A stretch of DNA of 64,000 bases, from positions 34,561-98,560 of the forward strand of contig JAWQFM010000015.1 of the NCBI GenBank assembly GCA_033442325.1, read 5' to 3'. The number at the start of each line of letters is the position of its first letter. The stretch's first letter is position 1. A model generated the notes under the pieces. The model saw only the letters and a program-made list of their open reading frames with translations. It was not told the DNA's origin and ran no database searches. The position numbers and the translations under genes were made by a program. Below are positions 35,047-57,562 of this stretch, in pieces. This stretch comes from Salpingoeca rosetta (Eukaryota; Protista; Choanoflagellata).

Positions 35047-35397
35047 CACACACACAAACGTTGTGTGCATGTAAAAGTGTGCAGTGCGTGTCTTGTTGCT
35101 GTGCTCGTCTCCTTGTGTCGGGATGGGCTTCTGGGGTTCGTTTACTTGTGGCTCATGATCATCATGTCGTGTTGTCGTCACTTCACATCACACCATGCCG
35201 CAAATGTGTACATATGTGGTGTCACATCATGCAACAAGGGCGTGACAGGCATGCTTCGCTGTACAATAAAACTCTCTCTCACACTCACACACTCTCTCAC
35301 GCATGCAGCAACAGGTGTGGCAACAAGCAGAGTACGCGAGTGAGCAACAGCTGGTGGTACTCAGCGTGTGACATGGGGGTATTGGTGAGTGGGTTGG

Positions 35398-41705
<6,308 letters not shown>

Positions 41706-41933
41706 CGCCGCCGCCGTAACCGCCCAGGCAGTGTAGAGGATTCGTTGAAATCTCCCAACAATCCTCCGTTCACACGTGAAGTGTGCCTTTTTTGCCTTGT
41801 GCCTTTGACTTCAGAACCAGCAACCAGCCAGCCGCAGCCAGCCGCATTCACCAACGCACCTCGCTCGACTCGCTCGACTCTCTGCGTCTTCGATTGGGAA
41901 CCACTTCCTTCTTCTCCCCTTACATCACCAGTC

Positions 41934-44782
<2,849 letters not shown>

Positions 44783-45589
44783 ACCCCTCGCGCCACACTC
44801 GCTCTCTCTCTCTTTGACATGCAGCACCAACCAACCAACCAACCAACCAACCAACCCCCTTCACTAGCATCTAAGCTCCTGTGTGGCTTGTCCCACTCGT
44901 CGCACAATTCACAGCATCAAACCGACCCATCCATCCATTACTCTGTGCTCGTTTGCCTTGTTTGTTTGCTTGGTTCCTTTCGTCGCCAGCCCTCACAGCG
45001 GCAAGCCAGCCAGCTTGATTGTTCTTTTCTCGCCTTTTGCTTCCTGCCTGTTGTTTGTCCTCACCTGTAATCATTTGCACGCGTGCAATATCAGGGCCCT
45101 CTCCTTCCTTGTTGTTTGCTTGTTTGTGTGTTTGTTTGTTGTTCTCGCCTTTCATGCCGAGTGTGTGATGTCGTTGTTGTCGCTCGTAAAAGGCCCTTCC
45201 CCGCACACTTCCTGTCAACCACCACCACCACCACCACCACCACCACAGCTGCGGCTGTTCTTGGCCTAAAGTTTACTCGATGCGGTCATCAAAGCACACA
45301 CACATACACACATACACATACATACACATACACACCTGTTTGAATAATACGTCTCCGAGCAGCCCACCGATTGCTGATAACGGCAATCGCACTTGCTTCC
45401 CCCCCCCCTTCCCAAAATTCACTCCAACACCAAACCACCATCAACCACGGCCCCCCCCCCTCCTTTCCTCTCCTCTCTCAACTATCACGATCAGCAACTG
45501 CACCTGCTCGCCACAGCCACGTCCCGGCACCGCGGTTCGCCTAGAACTATGCAAAGCAGCGGCTGGTCCGTCCGAAGGAGCAGTAGGTG

Positions 45590-46969
45590 CTATGATCGAT
45601 ATGAGGAGAACGCCTTGATGACAGGCTGCTTCTGCTGCCAGTGCTGTGACGCCAAGTACGCAGCCACCTCCTCCCGCAGCTGTCGATACTCCCCACCAGC
45701 CAGACTCCAGCCGTCCTTGGGGCCATCGCATGCATAGTCGAACTTGTGCCCCCCTGCGCGGGCCGCCACCTCGGAGAAGGCAGACCACCGACTGAGGAGC
45801 ACACGCGAGCACCTGCTGAGCAGCATGGCGCTGGCAGTCGCAATCTGCATGCACGTTGTGTTGCGCGTGGTGCACGTGGGCAGGGCGTGCACGGTGACAT
45901 GCTGTGCCAGGCCGGCAGCAGCAGAAGGCACGTCGCTGGATACAAACACTTCTGTGACGGGCGGTTCAAGCGCTGCAATGCGGCCAACAAAATGGCGCCA
46001 GTGGCACGCCAGGCGGAAGGGGACAGCAAGGTCGAGCATGCTGTCACGGTCACCGCCAACCTCACCATGCACGTCCGTGTTCATGCGCACGTGCACGCCC
46101 GTGAGCTGCGCGTGGAAGTCTGGGGCATCTGGTGCACTGACGGGAAGCGACGAGTAGTAGCGGTTGATGATGGCTTGGACGGGACTGCTTGGCTGTCGCA
46201 ACAGGCCCCTGGTGAGATGATCGTGCCGTGGTAAGCAGAGTGACGAATGATGTGAGGTGGAGTGAAGATGTGGCGTGAGTCGTGCAGCCATGAACATGTT
46301 GAGGAGAGGGGAGGTATTGAAATGAAGTGTCGTGCAGTGATGAAATCATGACGTGTCAACACGAGGACAACACATCAGATAAGCAAGTCGCACAGCAACT
46401 ACACACGCATGCGCATGCATACACACTCACGCAGACACGCACACCGTACCTGAGATAAATGTTGTCGTTGCGGTAGTGCCAGAGCGGCGAGTTGTTGAGT
46501 GCGTATGCCGTGGTGATGTACACGTGCTTGCTCTTGGGGAAATTGAGTGGACTGGCGCGTACCGCTGCGTTGAGCATGTCAACCATCTTCCATGTGCCAC
46601 GTGCGTTCTTTGCCAACTTGAGGAATTCGGAACCATCCTCCACCACAGAGAGGTCCTCGTGCGCTGCAAACAAGTCACGAAACGACGCCTCGCAGTGGTG
46701 ATCGGGTGTCCACACCACCACCAGCGTGCGCGCAAGACTGCTTGCCATCGCCATCGCGGAGCTGATGGCCCGTACGCGCGAGCCAAGCCCAAGCTTCACG
46801 TCCACCACAAGGGCAGGGCGACCCAGCGCTGGGTCGTGCATGCGTGCAAGCAGACACATGACGTGGGCGGACGCAGAGGCCGGTACGGACACTTTTGACG
46901 CCTGCAGCTATCGACGCGGACATTGGGGTTGGGATTGAGCGAGCGTTGTGAGTGTTGTGAGTGTGGTGA

Positions 46970-47023
<54 letters not shown>

Positions 47024-50000
47024 AGTGTGAGTGAGTGAGAGTGAGTGAGTGTGAGTGAGTGTGAGTGAGTGTAGTGCGTGCATTCGAGTGAGAGCTTGTG
47101 GCAGAGGCAGCCAACACAGGAGCAAAACAGCATGCATGCATCGATATGCACAATGCAGCACATGCGCATGGGCACCGCGCATCAGTATGTGTGCTTGTGC
47201 ATGCTTGTCCACACGAGCATGTTTGGTGGTGTGAACTGTATTCTGTGGTTGCGTCTCACCATCTCCTTGAGCACAACCACCTCCCCCGGCAGCCAGTCGC
47301 GGTCACAGCCGAGATCAATGTCGAGTACGTGGTTACGCACACGCTGCCGCACCTTGTCCAGATACCGCTCCCTGATAACGATGGCGGTGGTGGTGGTGGT
47401 GGTGGTGGTGGTGAGATAGAAGTGGTGATGATGACATTCTCCGTGGTTGACATTCGGTGGTTGACATTCGGTGTTGGTGGATGTGTCTGGTTTGCCACTA
47501 CAAATGCACGGACGAATGCATGCGCACGCACACGCACACGCACGCACACACATGCACACACAAACAAGCGCAACACGCACACCAGCTCACCGTGCGGGCA
47601 GCTTTGGGCTTGGGTCAAACTCCTTGCTGCTGGGGAGGGTCTCTGAGAAGCGGGTGATGGTCTGTTGGCCGGGAAGCAGCGGCGCCTTAATGCGCTTTCG
47701 CCCCCACGTCAGCAGCAACATATCAGATGGCGCAGGCCACGCGCTCACATCCGGCAGCGGGTCTGGTGGACGTGGAAAGGATGGTGGTGGGGTGTGGTGA
47801 GAGTAGGTGGGTTGTGCTGGAAAAGAAAACACAGAGTACGCACAGACACACACACATCACCACAACCACACACGCACACAGGCACACGCACACACGCACA
47901 CACGCACACACACACCACACACACGCACGTACGCACACGCACGCACGTACGCACGCACAAACATGCAAACACAAACACACACACACGCACGCACGCACAC
48001 ACACACACGCACACACGCACACACACTCACGCAACACTCACCTTTTGCAGTGACGAGGGGCACCTCGAGGCGCTCTCTGAGGTAGGGGAGCCACTTCTGC
48101 TTGATGTTTGTGCCGGCCTCCACGCGCGGGGTGGTGAGGGACTTGTGGTCCGGCAGGTTGATGCTGATGAGGAACAGGCCCTCCTCCCACATGAACCGCT
48201 GCAGGTACTTCTTTGCGCTGCGCTCCGCGTCCCACGTGTTGCTCCACGCGTGCGGGATAAACGGGTCCAGCCGGCTGTGGTCCACGTACCAGCGCAGGTA
48301 GCGCGCATATGGCGCCGCCACAAACACCGTGCCCCAGCTGCACGGCTCCTGGATCTTGAAGGGCATGTTGTTGTTGTTGACGGGCCGCTCAAACCGCTGG
48401 TTCACCTCGTCCCACTTCTGGTTGTACAGCTTGTACCCGAGCACGCTCGGGTCCTGCTCCTCGCCCTCCCCGTACCGCCGCACAAAGTGCTCGGCATACA
48501 CAAACAGCATCTCCGACACCTCAATGTCGTCCTCGAGAAACATGGCGTACTCCCCCTCCACGGGCGCCCACGCCTCCAGCATCGTCCCGCGCAGGCCCTT
48601 TGGCGACGCAGCAAACACCGCCGTCACGGGGCCGTGCGCCGTCGTCGTCCCAGACAGGCCCGACGCAACCGTCACCTGCTCCTTCCACGCCTCGCTCTCC
48701 TCCCGGTCGTAGTCCACGTGGATCACAAAGTACGTCGGCATGCCGCTTGGCCGCGCAGCCATCAGCTGCCCCCACAGCCGCTCCTCCCACATGAACCGCT
48801 GCAGGTACTTCTTTGCGCTGCGCTCCGCGTCCCACGTGTTGCTCCACGCGTGCGGGATAAACGGGTCCAGCCGGCTGTGGTCCACGTACCAGCGCAGGTA
48901 GCGCGCATATGGCGCCGCCACAAACACCGTGCCCCAGCTGCACGGCTCCTGGATCTTGAAGGGCATGTTGTTGTTGTTGACGGGCCGCTCAAACCGCTGG
49001 TTCACCTCGTCCCACTTCTGGTTGTACAGCTTGTACCCGAGCACGCTCGGGTCCTGCTCCTCGCCCTCCCCGTACCGCCGCACAAAGTGCTCGGCATACA
49101 CAAACAGCATCTCCGACACCTCAATGTCGTCCTCGAGAAACATGGCGTACTCCCCCTCCACGGGCGCCCACGCCTCCAGCATCGTCGCCCGCAGGCCCTT
49201 TGGCGACGCAGCAAACACCGCCGTCACGGGGCCGTGCGCCGTCGTCGTCCCAGACAGGCCCGACGCAACCGTCACCTGCTCCTTCCACGCCTCGCTCTCC
49301 TCCCGGTCGTAGTCCACGTGGATCACAAAGTACGTCGGCATGCCGCTTGGCCGCGCAGCCATCAGCTGCCCCCACAGCCGCAGGAAGTTGTCCGGCCGGT
49401 TGAACCCAAACACGTGCACAGAGAGGCGGCTGGTCGTCAATGTCGCCGCTGCTGGTGCAACGGTTGTTGTCATTACTGTTGTGGTGGTGGTTGTTGTTGT
49501 CGTCGTTGTCGTCGTTGATTTTGCAGTGGGCCTAGTGTTGCCTGCCTGCCCTGGCGCGGGTGTCACGTTGAGCCGCTGACTCTTGTCCTGAGCGTCCCTG
49601 GTCTCTGTCCCACCATTGTTGCCCTGTGCGGCCAGCAGTCACAGCAGTGAAACACGGCACCATCATGCGTGTGGTGAGGTGTGGTCACACCGCCGCATGC
49701 ATGCATACACGCACACACCACGCACACACCACGCACACAAACACACGCCCAACGCACATTCAAACGACTCAAACGTGCACCAAGAACACACTCATGTGCT
49801 CACACATGCTCACACACACGCACACACATGCTCACACACATGCTCACATGCACAAAACCTCACTGAGGTCTCACCTTGTTTGGAGCGACAAGGCCTTCGT
49901 CTGTGGTTGGATCCATGTCGCTCTTTGGAGTGCCTATTGCTCCTGCTGCTGCTGCTTGTGTTGTGCCCTGCACGGTCCCTGCGGCGGCTTGCTGATTCGC

Positions 50001-50213
50001 CGCCTGTGATTGTGTTGCACTTTTGCGGTCTGATGGGAGTGGAGTGTCGCCAGCCCTCCGCACCGGTCTCGGCGTTGTCCAGGGTTGTTCTTGCTGACCA
50101 TATGTGTCTGCAAGCAACCCTGGCCCCTCTCCACCGTTTGTGTGATTCCACAAGACCACCACCATGGCGATACCTGCTGCGACGAGGAACACATAGGCGC
50201 GGTGCCTGCTCAT
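45590..50213 (-). CDS. Type II membrane protein fusing a GT-A glycosyltransferase domain (duplicated) to a C-terminal fucosyltransferase-like GT-B domain
   Basis: TM anchor [16 protein letters not shown] and Thr-rich stem. GT-A motifs: [37 protein letters not shown]. In-phase splices then lead to [23 protein letters not shown] and [14 protein letters not shown] (fucosyltransferase motifs I-III). Stop at 45590. Confidence 0.85.
48181..49380. repeat. 600-bp in-frame tandem duplication (two copies)
   Basis: 48181-48780 vs 48781-49380 look identical except at 48587/49187 and 48589/49189 (KGLRGTM vs KGLRATM). Confidence 0.98.
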
Positions 50214-50972
50214 GGTTCCACGTCAGCGAGGGGTGTGTGTGTGGCTTTACTCCCTGTTTGTCAATCAGACACACGACCACCACACGCCACGTCCCGCACC
50301 TCACTATCCAATCACGCCTTCCTTTCTTCTGGTGTTCTCTGTCCCTCTGCTGCTCTGGATCTCACTGCCACCACTGACGCTGCTGCTGCTGTTGCTGCTG
50401 TGGTTGCTGCTGTTGCCTGTGGGTGCTGCCTGTCTCTTCAATATCCGTCAGCAAGCCAACACCACCACTGCCACCACCATCACACTCACCACCACAGCAG
50501 GCTCCAAACCCACCACACCGCGTCTTGTTGTGTTGTTGTGGGCAACCACGCTTCACCCTCTCTTCTTCCGCCTGTGTGCTGCTGGGTGGAATATTGTATG
50601 GCGATATCCGTGAATTATCTTTGACCAACGACAAACGACCAAAGAAGCCGTTGCGTTTGCCTTCCATACCCCTTCGCTCGCTTGCTTTGCTGTGCTGTCT
50701 TGTCTTGTTGGCTTCGTGGTGTGCTTTTGTGCTGGTGGCGTGCAAACTTCACTCAGGAAGGAGAAGAGGACAGACGCCAGCGCACACCCTTCCTCGTGCT
50801 GCACCCACGCACGCTCTCCCTCCTCCATCTCTTTCCATTTCGATTGTGCCAGCGCGCTTGGCCGTTTGGGTTGTTGGATTGAGCGTTTGGTGTTTGTTTG
50901 TGTGTACGTGCGTGCGTGATCATTCTGCTGCGCTGTGTGCGGCACCGCAATCGTCCTTCCTCTTCTGTATCG

Positions 50973-51050
<78 letters not shown>

Positions 51051-51351
51051 TGGAGGGGGTGGTATGACGAGTTGCGCGTCATTGGAGTTGTTATGCTGCT
51101 GCTCCTGTGTATCCGTGCTGTGTTTGACGAGGGTTGGCGTTGCACTTGTTGCGCTTGTGGCTTGTTCATGGAGGGACCGCGACACGCCACACAGTTGTGT
51201 GGCCCGGGTCGTACCTGTCAAGTCATGCAACCTCACTCACTTTGCTGCTGCAACCTTGTTGAACGGCGCCTAATGGCGTGCTGTCCTCGCACACGTGCTG
51301 CGGAAACAGGGACCTTGGCTTTGACCTTGCCCTGAGCTTCGTGGCAGCATC

Positions 51352-52494
51352 ATGTCGAGTGGTGGCAATGTGCGGGTTGTGTGCCGCTTTCGGCCACAGC
51401 TCAGCAACGAGACGTCGCGTGGTGGCGTGAACATCTCCACCGTGGACCCTTCTGGATCAACAGTCAGCATTGATGTACGGCACTCGTTCACTGTGCCGTG
51501 TGCTCCAATGCGTATGGGCGGGAGTGTGTGGATGTATGCGGTGTGCATGTGAGTGGATGTGTGTGGGTGTGTGGGTGCATGTGCTTATGTACATGTGCTT
51601 GTGTACTTCTCTTGTCTCTGTCTGTACATCCCTTTCCCCCCTTTTCTCCCTTCTCCCTTCTCCCCCTTCCCTATCAATCTACCCGTCTCTCTTCTCCCCT
51701 GTTGTGTACAACCCATGTGTTTGAGATCCGAGCAACAATGACTGACAAACGATGACTTCGTCGTGTCCTTTGCGTGCTGTTGTGCGTCTCGTGTACAGGG
51801 CCAGCGCCAGGCGCAGTTTACGTTCGACCGCGTCTTTGACGGAGATTCTTCGCAGGATGACGTGTACGAGTATGCCGCCCGCCCCATCGTCGAAGGTGCG
51901 CCACCAAGTTGCATGTGTGCATCACCGGCACGTTTGCACGTGGGTTGCGCCAGCGTGACACCATATGCGTATGATGTCATCTCACGCCACGCCACCATGG
52001 ATATCGCTCATGCCTCCTCGTAGATGTGCTCAAGGGTTACAACGGCACCATTTTCGCGTATGGTCAGACCTCCTCGGGTAAAACCCATACCATGGAGGTG
52101 CGTATTTATCTGTGTGCGTGAGTGAGTGAGAGAGAGAGAGTGTGTGTGTGTGTGTGTGTCTTTGCGTGTGTGTGTGCGTGTGTGTGTGTGCGCATACGTG
52201 GTTGTGTTTCACTGCACGTGTGTGCTTTCGTGTGGATGTTGCGCCCCTGTGTCTGAGTGTGCAACGTGTCGCTCACCGCTGCCACCGTACCCCATCACCA
52301 CCACCACCACCACCATCAGGGCCCGAGCATCGACGACCCTGCGTCGCGCGGTATCATCCCGCGGATTGTGGAGAACATCTTCCAGTACATCGACATGGCG
52401 CCAGAGACGCTTGAGTTCACCGTCCGCGTCTCCTACTTTGAAATCTACATGGAGCGCATCTCAGACCTCCTCTGCGGTGCGTGCGTGCGTGTGC

Positions 52495-52533
<39 letters not shown>

Positions 52534-52848
52534 TTTATTTCCTTGTGTGTGTGTGTGTGCTTTTATTTCCTTGTGTGTGTGTATTCGGGGTGCAACCTTC
52601 TGTGTGGTTGCTTGCGACGTTCCCTGCTTCCTCATCCTCTATCTCCCTTCCCGACCCCTGCTACCTCCACCGCCGCCAACACCGCTGCGTGCAGACGGCA
52701 ACGACAACCTGCAGATCCACGAGAACCGTGAGCGCGGGGTGTATGTGCGACACGCGACGGAGCTGTACATGCAGGACCCGGAGGACGTCATGGATGTCAT
52801 GCGTGCCGGCGCCGAGCGACGATCCGTCGCGTCAACAAGTCGGTCGCC

Positions 52849-52904
<56 letters not shown>

Positions 52905-52932
52905 TGTGTCTGTGTGTGTGTGTCTGTCTGTC

Positions 52933-52972
<40 letters not shown>

Positions 52973-53377
52973 TGGACAATTCATGCTGCACTACATAATT
53001 GTCGCCCCACCCATCATCACCACCCCCACTCACCATCGCCACCGCCCACCACTACCGCCTGCAGACATGAACGACATCAGCTCCCGCAGCCACTCTGTGT
53101 TTCTGATGGAGATTTCGCAGAAGGACACGGTGCGCGGCGGCATGAAGACCGGAAAGCTCTTCCTCGTCGATCTTGCGGGTTCAGAGAAGGTCTCCAAGAC
53201 CCACGCGGAGGGCGAGGTGCTGCAGGAGGCAAAGAACATCAACAAATCGCTCTCTGCGCTCGGTCTCGTGATCATGTCCCTGACCGACGGGCAGAAGCGC
53301 CAACACGTCCCCTATCGTGACTCCAAGCTCACCCGCATCCTCCAGGTCCGCCGACGGTGGTGCTGGTGTTGTGTGTG

Positions 53378-53408
<31 letters not shown>

Positions 53409-53433
53409 GTGTTTGTTGTTCTTGCTCCTGTTC

Positions 53434-53498
<65 letters not shown>

Positions 53499-54625
53499 GC
53501 TGCTGCTGTTCTTGCTGATGTGCAAGTGCTTTGTTGTGCGTGTCCGCATACATTTGTGAGATTTGACATGCGCGTGCTTGCTTCTGCCTCCATTGCGTGT
53601 GCGTGTGTTTAGGAATCGCTTGGTGGCAACTCCCGCACCACCATCATCATCTGCTGCAGCCCTTCCTCCTACAACGAGCAGGGTACGCATGTGTGTGCGT
53701 CAAGTAGTAACTGAGAGCACCTTTCCCTCATCCGTGACCAGCATATGGCTGCCCATCTTTACCTCACGCCACCATCACACTCATCACCACCTCACCTCAC
53801 GCCACCATCACACTCATCACCACCTCCACTCATCCCACCACCACCACCACCTCCATCACGCCCTGCCGTGTGTGTGTGCGTGTGCAGAGACGATTTCGAC
53901 GCTGCGGTTTGGCCAGCGAGCGAAGCGCATCAAGAACCGCGCCGTCATCAACGTCAAGTACAGCGCCGAGGAGCTCCAGAAACAGGTGCCGTCATTCGTA
54001 TGGTGTTGTATGGTGTTGTGTTGGGTAGTGTACAATACACACAACTCTCCCTGTGTCGCATGTACGCACATGGCAATCACCCACCGCATCCACTGTGACA
54101 CCCAAACACACACACGCGCGCGCACACGCACACACGCACATCCTACGTTCACTCACATCACCCATATCGTACGCCCGTCCCACGCCGTGTGGCAGCTGGA
54201 CCAAGCGAAGAAGGAGATCAAGAAGCTTGCCAAGCGGCTGCAGGCGGCAGAGGCCGAGCTCAAGATCTGGCGCGAGGGTGGCACCGTCAGCGAGGCAGAC
54301 CGTGTTGCCCTGACAGCACAGGCCGGCGACGCGGTGACCAAGGCGCTGGCAGAGGGCGAGGAGGAAGAGGAAGAGGGTGCCGGCCCCAAGGAGGCGGGCG
54401 GCATCTCGGAGGAAGAACGCAGAGAACTGCTGGAACGCGAAGAGGAACTCCTCAACCTGCTCGACGACAAGGTTATCATGGTGGCGGTGGTGGTCGTGGT
54501 GGTTATTGGAACTGTTTTGGAGTTTGTACGCTATGTGTGCGTGTGCCTGTGTGTGTGGGGGGGGAGTGTATGCCTGTGTGTGGGTGGGGGTGGGTGGGTG
54601 TCTCTCTCCCTCTCTATGTTTGTGT

Positions 54626-54662
<37 letters not shown>

Positions 54663-55816
54663 GTCGCATGTTTATTGAACGGTTGCGTGCCATATTCCTA
54701 TCGTTGGTCTCGCCTGTGCTGTTTCGCTGCTCACACAACTCGCCACCATCACCACCATGCCCCTGCTGGGCGTGAATTGCGTGCAGGACAAGTTTATCCG
54801 GGAGCTGGAGCGGGAGATTGAGGTTCTGTCGCAGGATAAGGTGACCATCACCAAGCTCGCCTCGGAGAAGGCCCAGCTGCAGCAACTCCTCCAGGAACAG
54901 GAGGAGGTCGAGACTAATGTACGTGGGGCGGTATTGCTTTGTCGTCGCGTTCCTTGCCTTACTTGGTCCCTTCACTGCTTCGTTCCTTGCTTCTATCCCT
55001 CTGCACAGTCTTGCAAACGACTCACATGCACGTATAACCACCACCGACAACCCTTCATTCCCCCATCGTCACCTTCCTCCTTCCTGTTTGTCTTCCTGTC
55101 TGTCACGCCGCGCAGCTGCTGGCCGAGAATGAGGAGTACGAGTCTGCCATTGAGGATATGGCCATGGTCAACGGCAAACTCGACGCAGACCTCAAGGCCG
55201 CAATCGTAAGTCTAGCTGCTTGTATGCACGTGTGTAGGGGGGGTTGTGGGGTGGGTGGGTGTGTGGGTGTGTGTGTGGGTGTGCTCGTGTGATGTGTTGC
55301 ATCGCTTACATGACTCACCATCCCTCGATTGTTTGTTTTGGACGTGCGTACGAACGTTCACGCCCCCTCTCTCCTGGTTACTTACTCCCCCGCCCCCTCT
55401 CTCTCTCTCTCTCAAAACCACGACTGTGTGTAGGAGCGCACGAAGAAGCTGCAGGGCGCCATGGAAGAGCAGACGGCCGCAACGGCGGCGCAGTTGGCAT
55501 CTGTCGCCGAGGCTGTGGCGCGCCTGTCCTCAGCAGAGGACGCCGAGGCGGAACTGCCGGAAACGGGCACCATTGTCGACACGCAGCTGTCGAAGGTGCA
55601 CGCGTATGTCAAGCAGCTCCTCTCAAAGGGCGGCGACCTCGAGAAGGTGCGAGTGCATATGTGTTGTGTGTCTGTATGTGTGGGTGGGTGCGTGTGTGTG
55701 TCTGTGTGGGTGGGTGCATGCGTGTGTGTGTCTATGTGTGCAATGTTTGGCTACATCCCTCCCTGCTTACCTGTGGACTGCGTTCCTTGTTGCCACATCA
55801 ACCCGACCAACCGCTC

Positions 55817-55871
<55 letters not shown>

Positions 55872-57493
55872 CTACAGGTGCAAAGCGAGATGGGCGAGGA
55901 GAAGACGAAGCTGCAGGAGGCGCTTGAGGCGACGCGGCGGGAGCTGACCACCAGCCAGGTCTCGTACGGCCAGCTCGAGAAGAAGCACGCAGACCTCCTC
56001 CAGGCAAAGTACGCGGACGCGATGGAAAGCACTGCAATGCAGTGCAGTGTAGGGGTGATGGTGGTGGCATGATGCTTGGTGTTGTGGCGGTGGTACTTGA
56101 CACATGTAACAAATGCCTGCATCCCCCGCAGGTTTCTGTCGTTCTTCTCACACTCACAAACGCACACACACATACACTCACAAACGCACACACACACACA
56201 CATCAATCAACCACGAACACACACACACACACATCAATCAACCGCACACAAACACACACACATCAATCAACCACACACATACACAACCAATCAAACACAA
56301 TCTGGGTGCCAGGGAGAAGCTGGCGCAGGAAGCTGAGGAGCTTCGGCAGCACAAGGCGGAGAGCCAGGCGCGCATCGAGGGCCTCATGTCGCAGCTGGTG
56401 ACCATTGAGGAGAACGTGCAGCAGAAGGAGGCGCAGGCGCGGTCGACAGACGAGAAGCGCATGACGGAGCTGCGGGAAGAACTCGAGAAGCAGCGGTCGC
56501 TTCAACGGGAGGAGGACAGCAAGGAGCTTGCGGCGCTTCGGTCCGATTTGGAGACGACCAAGGCTGCCCTGGAGAAGAACCAGGCGGACAAGGACGAGCT
56601 GCTGTTGGAGGTGGAGCAGCTCAAGTCAGACTTGGAGGCGCAGCGGCACGTGGTCGACGCGCAGAAGACGGAGCTGGCACAGCTGAGCGAGCGCGCGGCG
56701 GCCAGCGAGAAGGAGAAGAAGGAGTCTGAGGTGATTGGCGTGGCGACGCGGCAGAAGCTGCACTCGTACACGGCCATGTCGGAGAAGTGGCGCGAGACCA
56801 TTCTTGAGCAGTGCCGCACCGCGCTCAACCACCTTCGGGAGAGTGGGGCGATTGCGGGCACGGCTGGTGGCGCCGGGGAGGAGGGCGCCGGGTCTGCGGA
56901 GCAGCAGGTGCTGCACAAGGAGAACGAGCGGCTGCGGCGGGAGGCAAAGGACCTCGCCACCAAGAGCCGCACACTGCAGCGCCAGCTGCACGTCTCGGAC
57001 ACGCGCATCAAGGCCTACGAGAAGCGCATTGTGGAGCTTGAGGCGAAGATGGAGGAGAACGCGCGCAAGATGCGGCGGCGCGTGCGGGAGGCGGTCAAGG
57101 CGCAGAGCGGCGCCGAGGCCCGGGCTGTTCGACGCAAGCACCCGCCCGTGTACGTGGTGGAGCCAAGTTTGGGGGGAGGGGGAGGCGGTGGTTGTGGTCG
57201 GAGACTGTGTGAGGGGGTTTGGTGATGATGACACTGCTTGTCGAGTGGAGTTGATGTCGGCTTGCTTTGCTCGATTGCTTGCTATTCGATGGTCTAATCT
57301 GTTGGTGCGTGCTTGCGATACGTGTGCCCCTTGGTGTGTGCCTGCAGGCAATCTGTGCGGGGCGGGAGCCGGCTGAACATGGACGACAGCAAGGCGCAGT
57401 TCTGGGCCAACGAGGCGAAGCAGAGCCGTATGCGCGACTCGCGCGTCCTCCGTTCAGAGCGCTCCTCCTCCATCCGTACGTTGCCCCTTGCAC

Positions 57494-57562
<69 letters not shown>

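Noticed and set aside
47665-49518. 617-aa plus-strand ORF
   Set aside because: Antisense shadow of the glycosyltransferase exon, extended by a CA microsatellite.
50220-51340. ORFs of 130-230 aa between the glycosyltransferase and kinesin
   Set aside because: No motifs and low complexity; better explained as UTRs, promoter and a kinesin 5' UTR intron.
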